A stretch of DNA of 64,000 nt from Longimicrobiales bacterium (GTDB lineage Bacteria; Gemmatimonadota; Gemmatimonadetes; Longimicrobiales; Gaopeijiaceae), in contig CBDFIQ010000002.1 of the NCBI GenBank assembly GCA_965248195.1, positions 1,280,001-1,344,000 of the forward strand, given 5' to 3'. The notes below the pieces were generated by a model. That model was not told where the DNA came from and ran no database searches. It worked only from the letters and a program-made list of their open reading frames with translations. The position numbers were made by a program, and so were the translations under genes. Within the stretch, counting starts at the first letter, position 1. Each line of letters starts with the position of its first letter. Shown here in pieces: positions 37,226-47,012 of this stretch.

Positions 37226-37585
37226 CTAGAGGCCCAACTCCTTCCGCATCCGCTCCTCTCGCCGACCGAGTGCCACGGCGATGAGGATGGCCCAGAGCGC
37301 ATAACCCCCACACGCCCAGTACAGGGCCTCGGTGCCCATCCACCGGAACCACATGAACGGCCACACGGACGCCATCAGGGTATTCACGATGGACTCGATG
37401 GCGAAAGTGAACAACTCACTGACGAGGAAATCCCCAATGCCCGCGGCCTGTCGGATGGAGTTCGTGAGACTCGTGAACTCCAAGTACATGAAGGTGCCGA
37501 CGGCGAGGAGGGCGTAGTATCCCCCTCCGTGCTTTCGCCAGAGCTTTCCGACGGCACCGCCGCCACCCTCCTTCGTCTTCGTCAT
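37226..37585 (-). CDS. Hypothetical membrane protein
   Basis: 119 aa with 3 hydrophobic segments. Confidence 0.55.
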   Translation of the reverse strand: MTKTKEGGGGAVGKLWRKHGGGYYALLAVGTFMYLEFTSLTNSIRQAAGIGDFLVSELFTFAIESIVNTLMASVWPFMWFRWMGTEALYWACGGYALWAILIAVALGRREERMRKELGL

Positions 37586-37606
37586 ACGGAACCGGCTGGA
37601 GTGAGA

Positions 37607-38839
37607 TCAGCGATTCCCTCCGCTCGATACCGATCCCGCCACGGTGGCTGGATCATGCATGTGATTCGGGTCGTTCGCGTGCTCCTCGTAGTGCTGCCTC
37701 AACAAGTCCTTCCCGTAGTCGTTCCCGTTCGGAGTCCGAACGGCGATGTGGATGTGGCTCCGGGAAGGCGGGTTCGGCTCGGTGCGGAAACTGACTGGAG
37801 TCGTGTGGTCGAACTCGATAAAGATGATGGGGCTCTGAACCCGGTAGTAGTAGAGGGCGTCGGGTCGCACATCGCCCACCCAGGTAAATCGGGTCTCACC
37901 GAGGTACTCCTGAATTTCCTCCATCCGGATGCTCGCCTGGTCATACCTCATGGCGCCGATATAAACACCGATTACATCCATCAGGCGCTCGCGCTGGACA
38001 GCGTCCAGCTGGTCCCCGCGGATGCCTGCTTCCTGCATGACCAAATTGTCTCTGAACGCCGCGCCTCGCAGGTTATTGCGCGTTTTCTCAGGGTCCACGA
38101 CGGCGATTTGACGTTGATCCCGTCGGAGCGATTCCATGAAGGCCAGGCCCACGTCTTGCTCCTCCTGGAGAACCTCGATGTCCGGGTACCTGCCCGTGTC
38201 GATCGAGACCGGCTCGGATCCCCAGAAGTTAGGCGACATCACCACCTGATCCCCCATCACGAAGTAATTGACCACCAGGTGGTGCCCATCGAGTTGCCAT
38301 CCCCAGGGCTCGGTGTCAGATGGCTCTCCGAAGATGTCGATGAAGTAGAGGTACTCTCCGTACCCGTTGTAGTCTTCGAGAACGGCCGCCAGATAACCGT
38401 CTATGCGCATGATGTCGCGCGCCTGCTCGAATCCCCGCGCGCTGAGGCCCGCCCGGACCAGGGCGAAGGCCGCTTCCCGCTGGGGGTCGCTCATGTCCCT
38501 GAAGGATAGCCCCTGCCGTGGCAGGTTGCCGACCGGGACGTTGCTCCAGTGACGCCACTCATCCGCGTCCAATCCGAAGTTGGTCTGTGCCGCTTGCTCG
38601 GGCCTCAGCATCCTGAGGTAGGCCTTGGCCGCTTCCACGATCGGCGCGGTCGAAACCCCCGTGCTGCGAATGGGGAAGAGGTCGGGGATCAGATCGCCAT
38701 CGGTAGTGACCCCAAAGAACGGCTGGTCCCGCGAATTCTGTTGTTGAGCGGCCGCGTCGGGCGGTGGGGTGACCCAGGAGGCCAAGGTGAGGGCAAGTAC
38801 CGGAAACCAGCTGATGCGACCAAAGTGTGCGCGGGTCAT
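37607..38839 (-). CDS. DUF3500-like secreted protein
   Basis: GGAGG RBS and signal peptide; WGWQLDGHHL and HIHIAVRTPNGNDYG motifs. Confidence 0.8.
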   Translation of the reverse strand: MTRAHFGRISWFPVLALTLASWVTPPPDAAAQQQNSRDQPFFGVTTDGDLIPDLFPIRSTGVSTAPIVEAAKAYLRMLRPEQAAQTNFGLDADEWRHWSNVPVGNLPRQGLSFRDMSDPQREAAFALVRAGLSARGFEQARDIMRIDGYLAAVLEDYNGYGEYLYFIDIFGEPSDTEPWGWQLDGHHLVVNYFVMGDQVVMSPNFWGSEPVSIDTGRYPDIEVLQEEQDVGLAFMESLRRDQRQIAVVDPEKTRNNLRGAAFRDNLVMQEAGIRGDQLDAVQRERLMDVIGVYIGAMRYDQASIRMEEIQEYLGETRFTWVGDVRPDALYYYRVQSPIIFIEFDHTTPVSFRTEPNPPSRSHIHIAVRTPNGNDYGKDLLRQHYEEHANDPNHMHDPATVAGSVSSGGNR

Positions 38840-39119
38840 GGCGACCTCCATCGGGGCGAGACATGGATGAACCAACTCTATCGTGTGGACGGCCCTAACG
38901 ACAGCCCTCAGGCCACCCGGGCTGGCTTCACCTTCACGAACTCCTGAATACCGGAGGGCGAGAGCTCTCGTCCGTAGCCGCTCTGCTTGATTGCTAGTGG
39001 CCAGGGGAGAGATATCTTGAAGCCTACTCAATTCCTGAAGGGATCAGCTCCATGTCGACGACGAAATCCTCGGATCAGGTTGGTCCTGTCGTGCCGAGGA
39101 GCCCCCGCTCTTCGACCGG

Positions 39120-39611
39120 GTGACGGAACCGTACGAACGGCGCGAGCCCGCGAGAGTCGAGATCGTCGACTTCCGACCCGAGCATGCCGATGCGTTCCGC
39201 CGAATGAACCTGGACTGGATCACCCAATATTGGGAGGTCGAGGACGCCGACCTCGTTTATCTCGACCATCCGCAGGAGAAGATCCTCGATCCCGGCGGCG
39301 CGATTCTCATGGCGCTGTACGATGGCGAGGTCGTAGGCACGGTTGCTCTCGTCCCCATGGGTAGCGGGTCCTACGAGCTCGCCAAGATGGCGGTCGACCA
39401 GCACGCTCGTGGCAAGGGCATCGGATGGGAGCTCGGCAGGGCGGTGCTGGAGCGCGCCCGCGAGGTGGGGGCTACCAGGGTGTATCTCGAGTCCAACACG
39501 ATCCTCGAGCCGGCGATCAACCTGTACCGGAAACTCGGATTCGAGCCGGTGCAGGGTGGAGCCTCACCGTACGACCGGTGTAACATTCAGATGGAAATTT
39601 CGTTCGAGTGA
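39120..39611 (+). CDS. GNAT acetyltransferase
   Basis: ELAKMAV...RGKGIG and AINLYRKLGF motifs. Confidence 0.9.
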   Translation: MTEPYERREPARVEIVDFRPEHADAFRRMNLDWITQYWEVEDADLVYLDHPQEKILDPGGAILMALYDGEVVGTVALVPMGSGSYELAKMAVDQHARGKGIGWELGRAVLERAREVGATRVYLESNTILEPAINLYRKLGFEPVQGGASPYDRCNIQMEISFE

Positions 39612-40216
39612 GACGGACCATCACTCGAGCTCGGCCACTTCTGAAACCGCTTTACACCCGATTTCGTAGGGATGCATGTCGGATAAACGGTTCGACAGAT
39701 GAAAGTGCAAAAAAAAGGGAACTGAAGAATGAATACAGCAACATCGATACGAGACTTCTTGGGAGGGATCATCCTCCTGGCGACCGGGCTTCTGTATCTC
39801 CTCTAGCTCAAACTACCGCCCAGCATCGGGCTCCCGACGGGGGCGGCTCGACCGCGAGGGCTGCCAGATGGTGGGCCGTCCCTGAGAGGCTGAGCAAAAA
39901 GTCACAGCCGCGCTTGCCCACGCTCTCCGCCAGCCGTATTCTCTAACGCGCAAACGTATCACAGCCCCCAACCGCGCCCCCGCAAGCGGTGACGGATAAG
40001 GATGGATCGACATGGCCGGCCAGGTCATCAACCCGGATGCCACGCCGCCCGAACCTTCGACTTCTCCGCCCGAGTCTTCGGTTTCCCCGTGCGAGCGCCT
40101 TTGGGCTCGGTATCACAGCGGTCCCGAACGGGACAAAGTCGAGATTCTCGAGGAGCTGATCCAGTACGGGTGTCTAGAGCGGACACGTAGAAGCATCGCA
40201 AGGCCCGACGTACCGG

Positions 40217-41354
40217 TCACGTAGCGGCTAGGATCTCCCGTAGTGCCGCCAGCAGGTAGTGCACATTGCGCTCACTACAGCTGTAGCCCATCAACCCGAT
40301 CCGCCATGCTTTACCCTTGAGGGACCCAAATCCACCGGCGATATCGATCCCGTAGTCTCCGAGGAGGCGACCTCGTACCGCGGCATCGTCGACGCCGTCG
40401 GGGATCATCACGCAGGTGAGCATGGGCAAGCGGTGCTCCGGATCCCCGAAGAGCTCGAGTCCGAGGTCGGTGAGCCCGGCCTTCAAGAGGTCTCCGCACT
40501 TCTGATGGCGGGCAAACCGCTGCTGGAGGCCCTCCTCCTGGATCAGCCGAAGCGCCGCGTGGAGGGCGTAGATGAGCGATCCCGGCGCCGTGTGGTGGTA
40601 GGCGCGATCGGGGAGCCAGTATTTCCGAATCATCATGAGGTCGAGGTACCACGTGTCGACCGGGCGGCCTCGAGAGTCGATCACTCCCACCGCCCGATCG
40701 TTGAGGGTAATGCACGCGATTCCCGCCGGTCCCCCGATGCACTTCTGTCCCCCACTGAAACAGATGTCGATCAGGCACTCGTCTACCGGAATGTGGGCGC
40801 CGCCGAGCGAGCAGACTGTGTCGACGAGGAAGATCTTGTCCCGCTCCCGCACGAGCTTGCCGATGTCCTTCAGCGGTTGCCGGATTCCGGAGGAGGTCTC
40901 ACCGTGTACGACGGCCACCATACTTGGCGTTGGGATGGGCATCGAGAGCGGTCTCGATCTGATCGGTACCCACTACCTGGCCGAAGGCGACTTCAACTCG
41001 TAGGGCCGTGCCGCCGTGCCGTTCCACGATTTCGGCCAGCCGCTGGCCGAAGAAGCCGTGGATCCCCACGACCACTTCGTCACCGGGCTCGACAACATTA
41101 CAAACGGCGGCCTCCATCCCAGACATCCCCGTGCCCGGAAGCGTGATGGCCAGCGCGTTGTCGGTCTGAAAGAGGTGGCGTAAGAGAGCCATCGTTTGGT
41201 CCATGATCGCCAGGAAATCCGGGTCGAGGTAGCCCAGGATCGGACTGGCCATGGCGCGGAATACGTGCGGATGCAGGTTGCTGGGACCCGGCCCGAGCAG
41301 GACGCGCGGGTCGTGCCCCAATTCGCCGGTCGATCCATCGTTTGTGGTTGCCAT
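40217..41354 (-). pseudogene. Alanine--glyoxylate aminotransferase (class V), split by a +1 frameshift at ~40922
   Basis: LLGPGPS..., then HPNAK | extra base | MVAVVHGETSSG..DTVCSLGG..QKC..WRIGLMG; may be a sequencing error. Confidence 0.85.
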
Positions 41355-41523
41355 GGCTGGCATTTACTCCCGTGTCAACGTCCCCTCGAACCCGTTCGCC
41401 TTGTTGCTTCGGTCGCAGAACGGCTTCCGGCTCGAGAGGGTCTCTTTTTGTGATCTTGGAGCGGTGCCCCGCATCCCGTAAATTGCGGCGACGCTTCCCA
41501 CACCCGAACACACAAGGTGCTAC

Positions 41524-42735
41524 GTGAGTCAATGGACGAGAAGGCCGTCTGTCGTCGTGGACGTCGGCGGGGTCGATATCGGCGGAGAAAATCCGATCGT
41601 CGTCCAATCGATGACGAACACCGACACCTCGGACGTGGACTCCACCGTCGCGCAGATCATAGCGTTGGTGCAGGCCGGAAGCGAGTTGGTCCGCGTGACG
41701 GTCAACGATGACGCCGCCGCTGAGGCCGTCCCCGAGATCGTAGCACGGCTCTCAGACGAGGATGCCGCCGTGCCGATCGTCGGCGACTTTCACTACAACG
41801 GGCATCTTCTTCTCATGAAGTACCCGGCGTGCGCCGCGGCCTTGGCGAAGTACCGCATCAACCCCGGCAACGTCGGTACCAAGCACCGGGACTCAAACTT
41901 CCAGAAGATCGTGAAGGTGGCTATCGAGCACGCGACGCCCGTGAGGATCGGGGTGAACTGGGGCTCGCTCGACCAGCGTCTGCTGACTGAAATGATGGAT
42001 GCGAACGCCGAGCGCTCCGACCCCAAAGAGGCGCGGGTGGTCCTGTTGGACGCGATGGTGGAAAGTGCGACCCGCTCGGCGATCCTGGCCGAGGAAACCG
42101 GGCTGGGGCACGATATGATCGTGCTCAGCGCCAAAGTCTCCGAGGTGCCGGATCTCGTCGAGGTCTACCGGATGCTCGCCGACCAGTGCGATTACCCGCT
42201 TCACCTGGGTCTGACAGAAGCGGGTATGGGCACCAAGGGAATTGTCGCGACCACGGCGGGAATCACCCCTCTTCTCATCGACGGGATCGGGGACACGATT
42301 CGTGTCTCCCTCACGCCGGAGCCGGGCGGCGACCGCACGGAGGAGGTTCGGGTAGCGCGGCAGATCCTCCAGTCGCTTAAAATTCGCAGTTTCGAGCCCC
42401 AGGTCACGGCCTGCCCGGGGTGCGGTCGTACGACCAGCAGCGTCTTTCAGGAGATGGCTCAGGACATCGAGACCTATATCCGTGAAAAGATGCCCGCGTG
42501 GAGTGAGGAGTTTCCTGGTGTCGAGAATCTGACGGTGGCGGTAATGGGGTGTATCGTGAACGGCCCGGGCGAGTCGAAGCACGCCGATCTAGGGATCTCA
42601 TTGCCCGGGACGGCCGAAGACCCGAAGGCCCCGGTGTACGTGGACGGCGCGCATCATTCGACGCTCCAGGGAGAGGGCATGGTGAAAGAGTTCAAGGGGA
42701 TTGTCGAAGAGTACATCCGGGCACGGTACGGGTGA
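41524..42735 (+). CDS. ispG: 4-hydroxy-3-methylbut-2-enyl diphosphate synthase
   Basis: [28 protein letters not shown] and [11 protein letters not shown] motifs. Confidence 0.97.
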   Translation: MSQWTRRPSVVVDVGGVDIGGENPIVVQSMTNTDTSDVDSTVAQIIALVQAGSELVRVTVNDDAAAEAVPEIVARLSDEDAAVPIVGDFHYNGHLLLMKYPACAAALAKYRINPGNVGTKHRDSNFQKIVKVAIEHATPVRIGVNWGSLDQRLLTEMMDANAERSDPKEARVVLLDAMVESATRSAILAEETGLGHDMIVLSAKVSEVPDLVEVYRMLADQCDYPLHLGLTEAGMGTKGIVATTAGITPLLIDGIGDTIRVSLTPEPGGDRTEEVRVARQILQSLKIRSFEPQVTACPGCGRTTSSVFQEMAQDIETYIREKMPAWSEEFPGVENLTVAVMGCIVNGPGESKHADLGISLPGTAEDPKAPVYVDGAHHSTLQGEGMVKEFKGIVEEYIRARYG

Positions 42736-42869
42736 TCGGCGTACTCTTCTCCCTCCTCCGTCGTGCTCGGGAGATCCTCGGCGGGGCCATCGCTCGAAGT
42801 GACCCAACCTGAGCACGCATCATAAGGTGATAAATAACATTATACGACATCCAAAAAGTATTAATATAC

Positions 42870-44312
42870 ATGACGATACAAGTTCGCTTCGCTCCCTCTC
42901 CTACGGGATTCCTTCACGTCGGCGGCGCCCGTACCGCTCTCTTCAACTGGTTGTTCGCCCGGCACCACGGAGGCGTGTTCGTCCTCCGTATCGAGGATAC
43001 CGACCGCGACCGCTCCAAGCCCGAGCATACCGAGGCCATCCTGGGAGCTCTTCGCTGGTTGGGTCTCGATTGGGATGAGGGTCCCTTGTTCCAGAGCGAT
43101 GGGGGGGACCGTCACCGAGCCGACGCACAGAGGTTGTTGGAAGCGGGGCTCGCCTACCGGGATTTCACCACCGCGCAGGAGCTGGCGACGGCAAGGGAGT
43201 CGGCCAAGGAGGAAGGAGCCGATCGCCGTCTTCCGAGGCGCCGGGCAGAGGCCCTACCGACCGGTGAGGCGGAGGAGCGTGCCGAGGGCGGAGAGCACCA
43301 CGCCGTTCGGTTTCTGGTCCCTGAGGGAGAGACTGTGTGGGAAGATATGGTCCACGAGGAGATGCGATTTCAGAATACGGACATCGACGACCTCGTGATC
43401 CTGCGGAGTGACGGCAGACCCACCTACAATCTGGCGGTCGCGTCCGATGATGCGGAGCACCGCATCACCCACGTCATCCGCGGAGACGACCACCTCTCGA
43501 ACACGCCCAAACAAATACTTCTGTCTGAAGCGCTCGGACACCCGGTCCCGACGTTCGGCCACGTGCCGATGATTCTCGGGTCGGACGGGAAAAGGCTCTC
43601 CAAGCGGCACGGCGCCACCTCGGTAGGCGAATACGGGAGTCAGGGCCTCCTCCCTGAGGCCATGGTCAACTTCCTCGCCTTGCTGGGATGGAGTCCAGGG
43701 GACGACCAGGAGGTGATGCGCGTGGAGGAGCTCGTCCAGCGTTTCAGCATGGAGCGTGTTCTCAAGAAGGGGTCGATTTTTGACCTGAAAAAGTTGGACT
43801 GGTTGTCGGGCCAGCACTTCAACGCCAGTACGGCCGAGGCGTTGGAGCCTGCTCTAACGGAAGGGATCGAGGCTGCCGGTCTCACGACGCGAGAGGAGTT
43901 GGAGGAGCGCCGGGAGTGGTACCTGAGCCTCATCGATCTACTGAAGACCAGGGCCCGGCGGATTCCCGACCTGGTCGACCTGGCCCGCCCCTTCCTAGTG
44001 GAGGAGCTGGAATTCGATCCCAAGGCAGTGGCGAAGCACTGGTTGAAAGCGCCCGCCGAGGTCCTCGAACAGCTCATGGCCCTCCGGACAACACTCGAGG
44101 CCGCCACATGGGAGCCGGAGTCCCTGGAAGAGGTGATTCGAGGGTATGCCGAGGAAATCTCGGTCGGAGCCGGTAAGGTCATTCACCCCTTAAGGGTAGC
44201 GGTGACCGGGCGCGATGCGAGTCCGGGGATCTTCGAGGTGCTTGCTTTCCTGGGAAGGGTCACCGTGCTGGCTCGACTCGACGACGCGATCGTCCGGCTA
44301 GAAAGCGAGTGA
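42870..44312 (+). CDS. gltX: Glutamate--tRNA ligase
   Basis: RFAPSPTGFLHVGG, LRIEDTD and RLSKRHG motifs. Confidence 0.97.
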   Translation: MTIQVRFAPSPTGFLHVGGARTALFNWLFARHHGGVFVLRIEDTDRDRSKPEHTEAILGALRWLGLDWDEGPLFQSDGGDRHRADAQRLLEAGLAYRDFTTAQELATARESAKEEGADRRLPRRRAEALPTGEAEERAEGGEHHAVRFLVPEGETVWEDMVHEEMRFQNTDIDDLVILRSDGRPTYNLAVASDDAEHRITHVIRGDDHLSNTPKQILLSEALGHPVPTFGHVPMILGSDGKRLSKRHGATSVGEYGSQGLLPEAMVNFLALLGWSPGDDQEVMRVEELVQRFSMERVLKKGSIFDLKKLDWLSGQHFNASTAEALEPALTEGIEAAGLTTREELEERREWYLSLIDLLKTRARRIPDLVDLARPFLVEELEFDPKAVAKHWLKAPAEVLEQLMALRTTLEAATWEPESLEEVIRGYAEEISVGAGKVIHPLRVAVTGRDASPGIFEVLAFLGRVTVLARLDDAIVRLESE

Positions 44313-44345
44313 GCCGTTCTCAGGCGCCGACGCCTCCCGCCTTTC

Positions 44346-44424
44346 TTGACGAGGTGGATCGTCTCGCATTAGGATAGCCCCCTCCTAGCAAACAACGCTC
44401 TTTCAAAGTTGGGAACAGGTGTTT
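44346..44424 (+). promoter_or_regulatory. Candidate lexA promoter (TTGACG-N18-TAGGAT) and downstream GAAC-AGGT-GTTT operator-like site
   Basis: Hexamers at 44346 and 44370; GAAC-N4-GTTY at 44413-44424 resembles the Gram-positive (Cheo) SOS box. Confidence 0.45.
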
Positions 44425-44486
44425 ATTCTGGAATTAAGCAGATCTCTATCAAAACGCCTGAACACGGCGCACCGTTGGAGTCCCGG

Positions 44487-45140
44487 ATGGAGCAAAGCAT
44501 CACCGAAATCGAGAGGAAGATTCTCGACTTCATGGTGCACTACCTCCGGAGCAACACGTACCAACCCTCCATTCGTGAAATCGGCGAGCGGTTTGGTATA
44601 AAGAGCACAAAAACTGTCTCCGAACACCTCCAGGCGCTGGCCGACAAGGGCTTCCTCGAACGCGATCCCTCACGTTCCAGGGGGGTCAAGATCCTCGGTG
44701 TCGACCTGAGCGCGCAGACCGTGTCCGTGCCTTGCTACCACGAGCTTCCCCAGGGGCGTGGCGGCCTGAGAACCGAGCAGGCCGAGATGCATCTGACGCT
44801 CGACCGGCGGCTTGCTGGTTCGAAGGGATCGTTCTTCGTCCGTGCTCAGGGGCCGGAGCTGGCGTCTCTCGACATCAGCGAGGGCGACTATCTGCTGGTC
44901 GAGCCGGCGGAGATCGAGGAGTTGGTCGAGGGGGCCATCGTGGTGGCGCGTGTCGAGGGCGGCCCGTCTTTCTATGAATTTTCGAAGAACGGGCGTAGCG
45001 TCTATTTGATGCCGGCCGAAGGGAATGGCCCCACGACGGCTATCGAGGATCCCGACAAACTTCATTTGATCGGGCGGGTGGTCGCGCTGTACCGCCGGTT
45101 CGACGACGCTTCGATTCTGGTCAGTGCGACGGCCCACTGA
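44487..45140 (+). CDS. lexA: LexA-family repressor with a degenerate peptidase domain
   Basis: N-terminal wHTH (QPSIREIGERFGIKS..TV..HL..L..KGFLER...SRG). The S24-like C-terminus lacks the Ala-Gly site, the catalytic Ser and the catalytic Lys. Confidence 0.8.
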   Translation: MEQSITEIERKILDFMVHYLRSNTYQPSIREIGERFGIKSTKTVSEHLQALADKGFLERDPSRSRGVKILGVDLSAQTVSVPCYHELPQGRGGLRTEQAEMHLTLDRRLAGSKGSFFVRAQGPELASLDISEGDYLLVEPAEIEELVEGAIVVARVEGGPSFYEFSKNGRSVYLMPAEGNGPTTAIEDPDKLHLIGRVVALYRRFDDASILVSATAH

Positions 45141-45210
45141 GTGATGTGCGAAGCGGGTTTCGCACGACACTAACCTCACCACCCCTCCTTTTGCCGGGGG
45201 GCGCTTCCCG

Positions 45211-45678
45211 ATGGAGACTGCACCACCGAGTGACGTCCAGTGGATGACCCGCGCCTTGGAGTTGGCCGAATCGGCCGCCTCCAGAGGAGAGGTTCCGGTT
45301 GGCGCTGTACTCACCAAGGACCAAGAGATCGTGGCGGAGGGACATAACCTCACGGTCACTTGCAATGACCCGACCGCTCACGCCGAGGTAGTGGTCATCC
45401 GGGAAGCGGCTCAGAAATTGGGCGACTGGCGGCTCACCGGATGCACGCTCTACGTGACGTTGGAGCCTTGCGCGATGTGCTCGGGTGCGTTGGTTTTATC
45501 TCGAGTCAGGCGGCTCGTCTTCGGGGCTTGGGACCCCAAGGCGGGCATGGTGGGAAGTCTGGGCAACCTGGTTCAAGACGAACGGCTGAATCATCGGATC
45601 GAGGTGACAGGTGGAACGCTCGCTGATGCGTCGGGTGATCTTCTCAAGGCTTTTTTCCAGGCGCGCCGTGGAGCGTGA
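45211..45678 (+). CDS. tadA: tRNA adenosine(34) deaminase
   Basis: EVPVGA, AHAE and TLEPCAMC motifs. Confidence 0.95.
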   Translation: METAPPSDVQWMTRALELAESAASRGEVPVGAVLTKDQEIVAEGHNLTVTCNDPTAHAEVVVIREAAQKLGDWRLTGCTLYVTLEPCAMCSGALVLSRVRRLVFGAWDPKAGMVGSLGNLVQDERLNHRIEVTGGTLADASGDLLKAFFQARRGA

Positions 45679-46981
45679 ACTCCTGGTTGCGGCCAGTCTG
45701 CTCGCTGCGGCTTGCCAGACCGTGGGCGCCCCCCGCGCACCCATCTCCGTGACCGCCGTTGCCGTGCCGGTTGATGAAGCTGTCGACGTGGTCAGGGCCG
45801 CCGGGCCTAGCTCGACGTCCCCCCGAATCTCGGAGACTCGCGGGCTCTGGGTCGTCCGGTCCACGCTCGTCCATCCCGACTCCGTGCGGGCAATGGTGGC
45901 AAGAGCAGCGGGCGCGGGCTTCAATACCCTACTGGTTCAGGTCCGAGGTAGGGGGGACGCCTACTACTCGGGTGGGATCGAGCCCAGAGCCGACGGGATC
46001 CAGGACCAACCGGCATTCGATCCGCTCGCCCTGACCCTTAGAGAGGCACACGCGCGGGGCATCGAGGTCCACGCCTGGATGAACGTCCACCTGATTTCGA
46101 GCGCATCCGTGATTTCCCGAGCCCCGAGGCATCTGGTGAATTCCCGTCCGGGACTCTTGGCTGTCCCCCAGGAGCTCGCCAGAGAACTGTATGACGTGGA
46201 TCCTGCATCCGCTCGCTACTTCGAGCGGCTCGTGGCGCACGCGATGGCCAACCCCGATGGCGTCGAGGGGCTCTACACGAGCCCGTCGGCTCCGGAGGTG
46301 AAGGAGCGAGTGTACGCGGTCGCTATGGACCTCGTGGAGCGATACGAGATCGACGGCATTCACCTCGACTATGTTCGCTATCCAAGCGCGGCATTCGACT
46401 ACTCCCGGGGTGCGCTCGAGCGATTTCGAAGTTGGATTGACGGACGGATCACGGACGATCAGCGAGCCGAATTCGTTTCGGCCTCCGAGCAGAGTCCGCT
46501 GGCGTTCGTGGAGGCGTTCCCTGAGCCCTGGGCCGAGTTCCGGAGAGATCAGATCACGGATCTGGTCGAGAGAATCTATGTGGGAGTGAAGCGTAGGCGC
46601 CCGGAGGTGCTCGTCTCGGCTGCGGTTTTTCCCGATGCGCGGGAATCCTTCCTTCACCGCTATCAGGATTGGGAGGAATGGCTCCGCAGGGGGATCGTCG
46701 ATGTGGTGGCGCCGATGGCCTACAACCCGGACGACGGCTTGTTCGACCAAGCCATCTCCCACGCAGCGGAAGTCGGCGGACCGGAACGGGTCTGGGCTGG
46801 CGTAGGAGCCTATCTGACCACGTACGAGGGCACACTCAGTAAGATCGACATCACTCAGCGTATCGGGGTACGGGGCTTCTTACTCTTTTCTTACGATTGG
46901 TCGGTGGCCTACGGACCGGCCGCGGGTGGGCAGCCGTTCCTCGAACGGGTGGGCCGTGGGGCTCCGACGCTCAATCGCTGA
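45668..46981 (+). CDS. GH10-like / DUF187 (YddW-like) glycoside hydrolase lipoprotein
   Basis: AAAC lipobox; QVRGRGDAYY, EVHAW, DGIHLDY.RYP, QDW..W and PMAY motifs. Confidence 0.85.
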   Translation: MERELLVAASLLAAACQTVGAPRAPISVTAVAVPVDEAVDVVRAAGPSSTSPRISETRGLWVVRSTLVHPDSVRAMVARAAGAGFNTLLVQVRGRGDAYYSGGIEPRADGIQDQPAFDPLALTLREAHARGIEVHAWMNVHLISSASVISRAPRHLVNSRPGLLAVPQELARELYDVDPASARYFERLVAHAMANPDGVEGLYTSPSAPEVKERVYAVAMDLVERYEIDGIHLDYVRYPSAAFDYSRGALERFRSWIDGRITDDQRAEFVSASEQSPLAFVEAFPEPWAEFRRDQITDLVERIYVGVKRRRPEVLVSAAVFPDARESFLHRYQDWEEWLRRGIVDVVAPMAYNPDDGLFDQAISHAAEVGGPERVWAGVGAYLTTYEGTLSKIDITQRIGVRGFLLFSYDWSVAYGPAAGGQPFLERVGRGAPTLNR

Positions 46982-47012
46982 CCGGCCGGAAGCTTCACGA
47001 GGGCTGCGCTCC

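Noticed and set aside
39608..40224. Short ORFs between the GNAT and the aminotransferase
   Set aside because: No motifs and conflicting frames; cannot be supported as genes.
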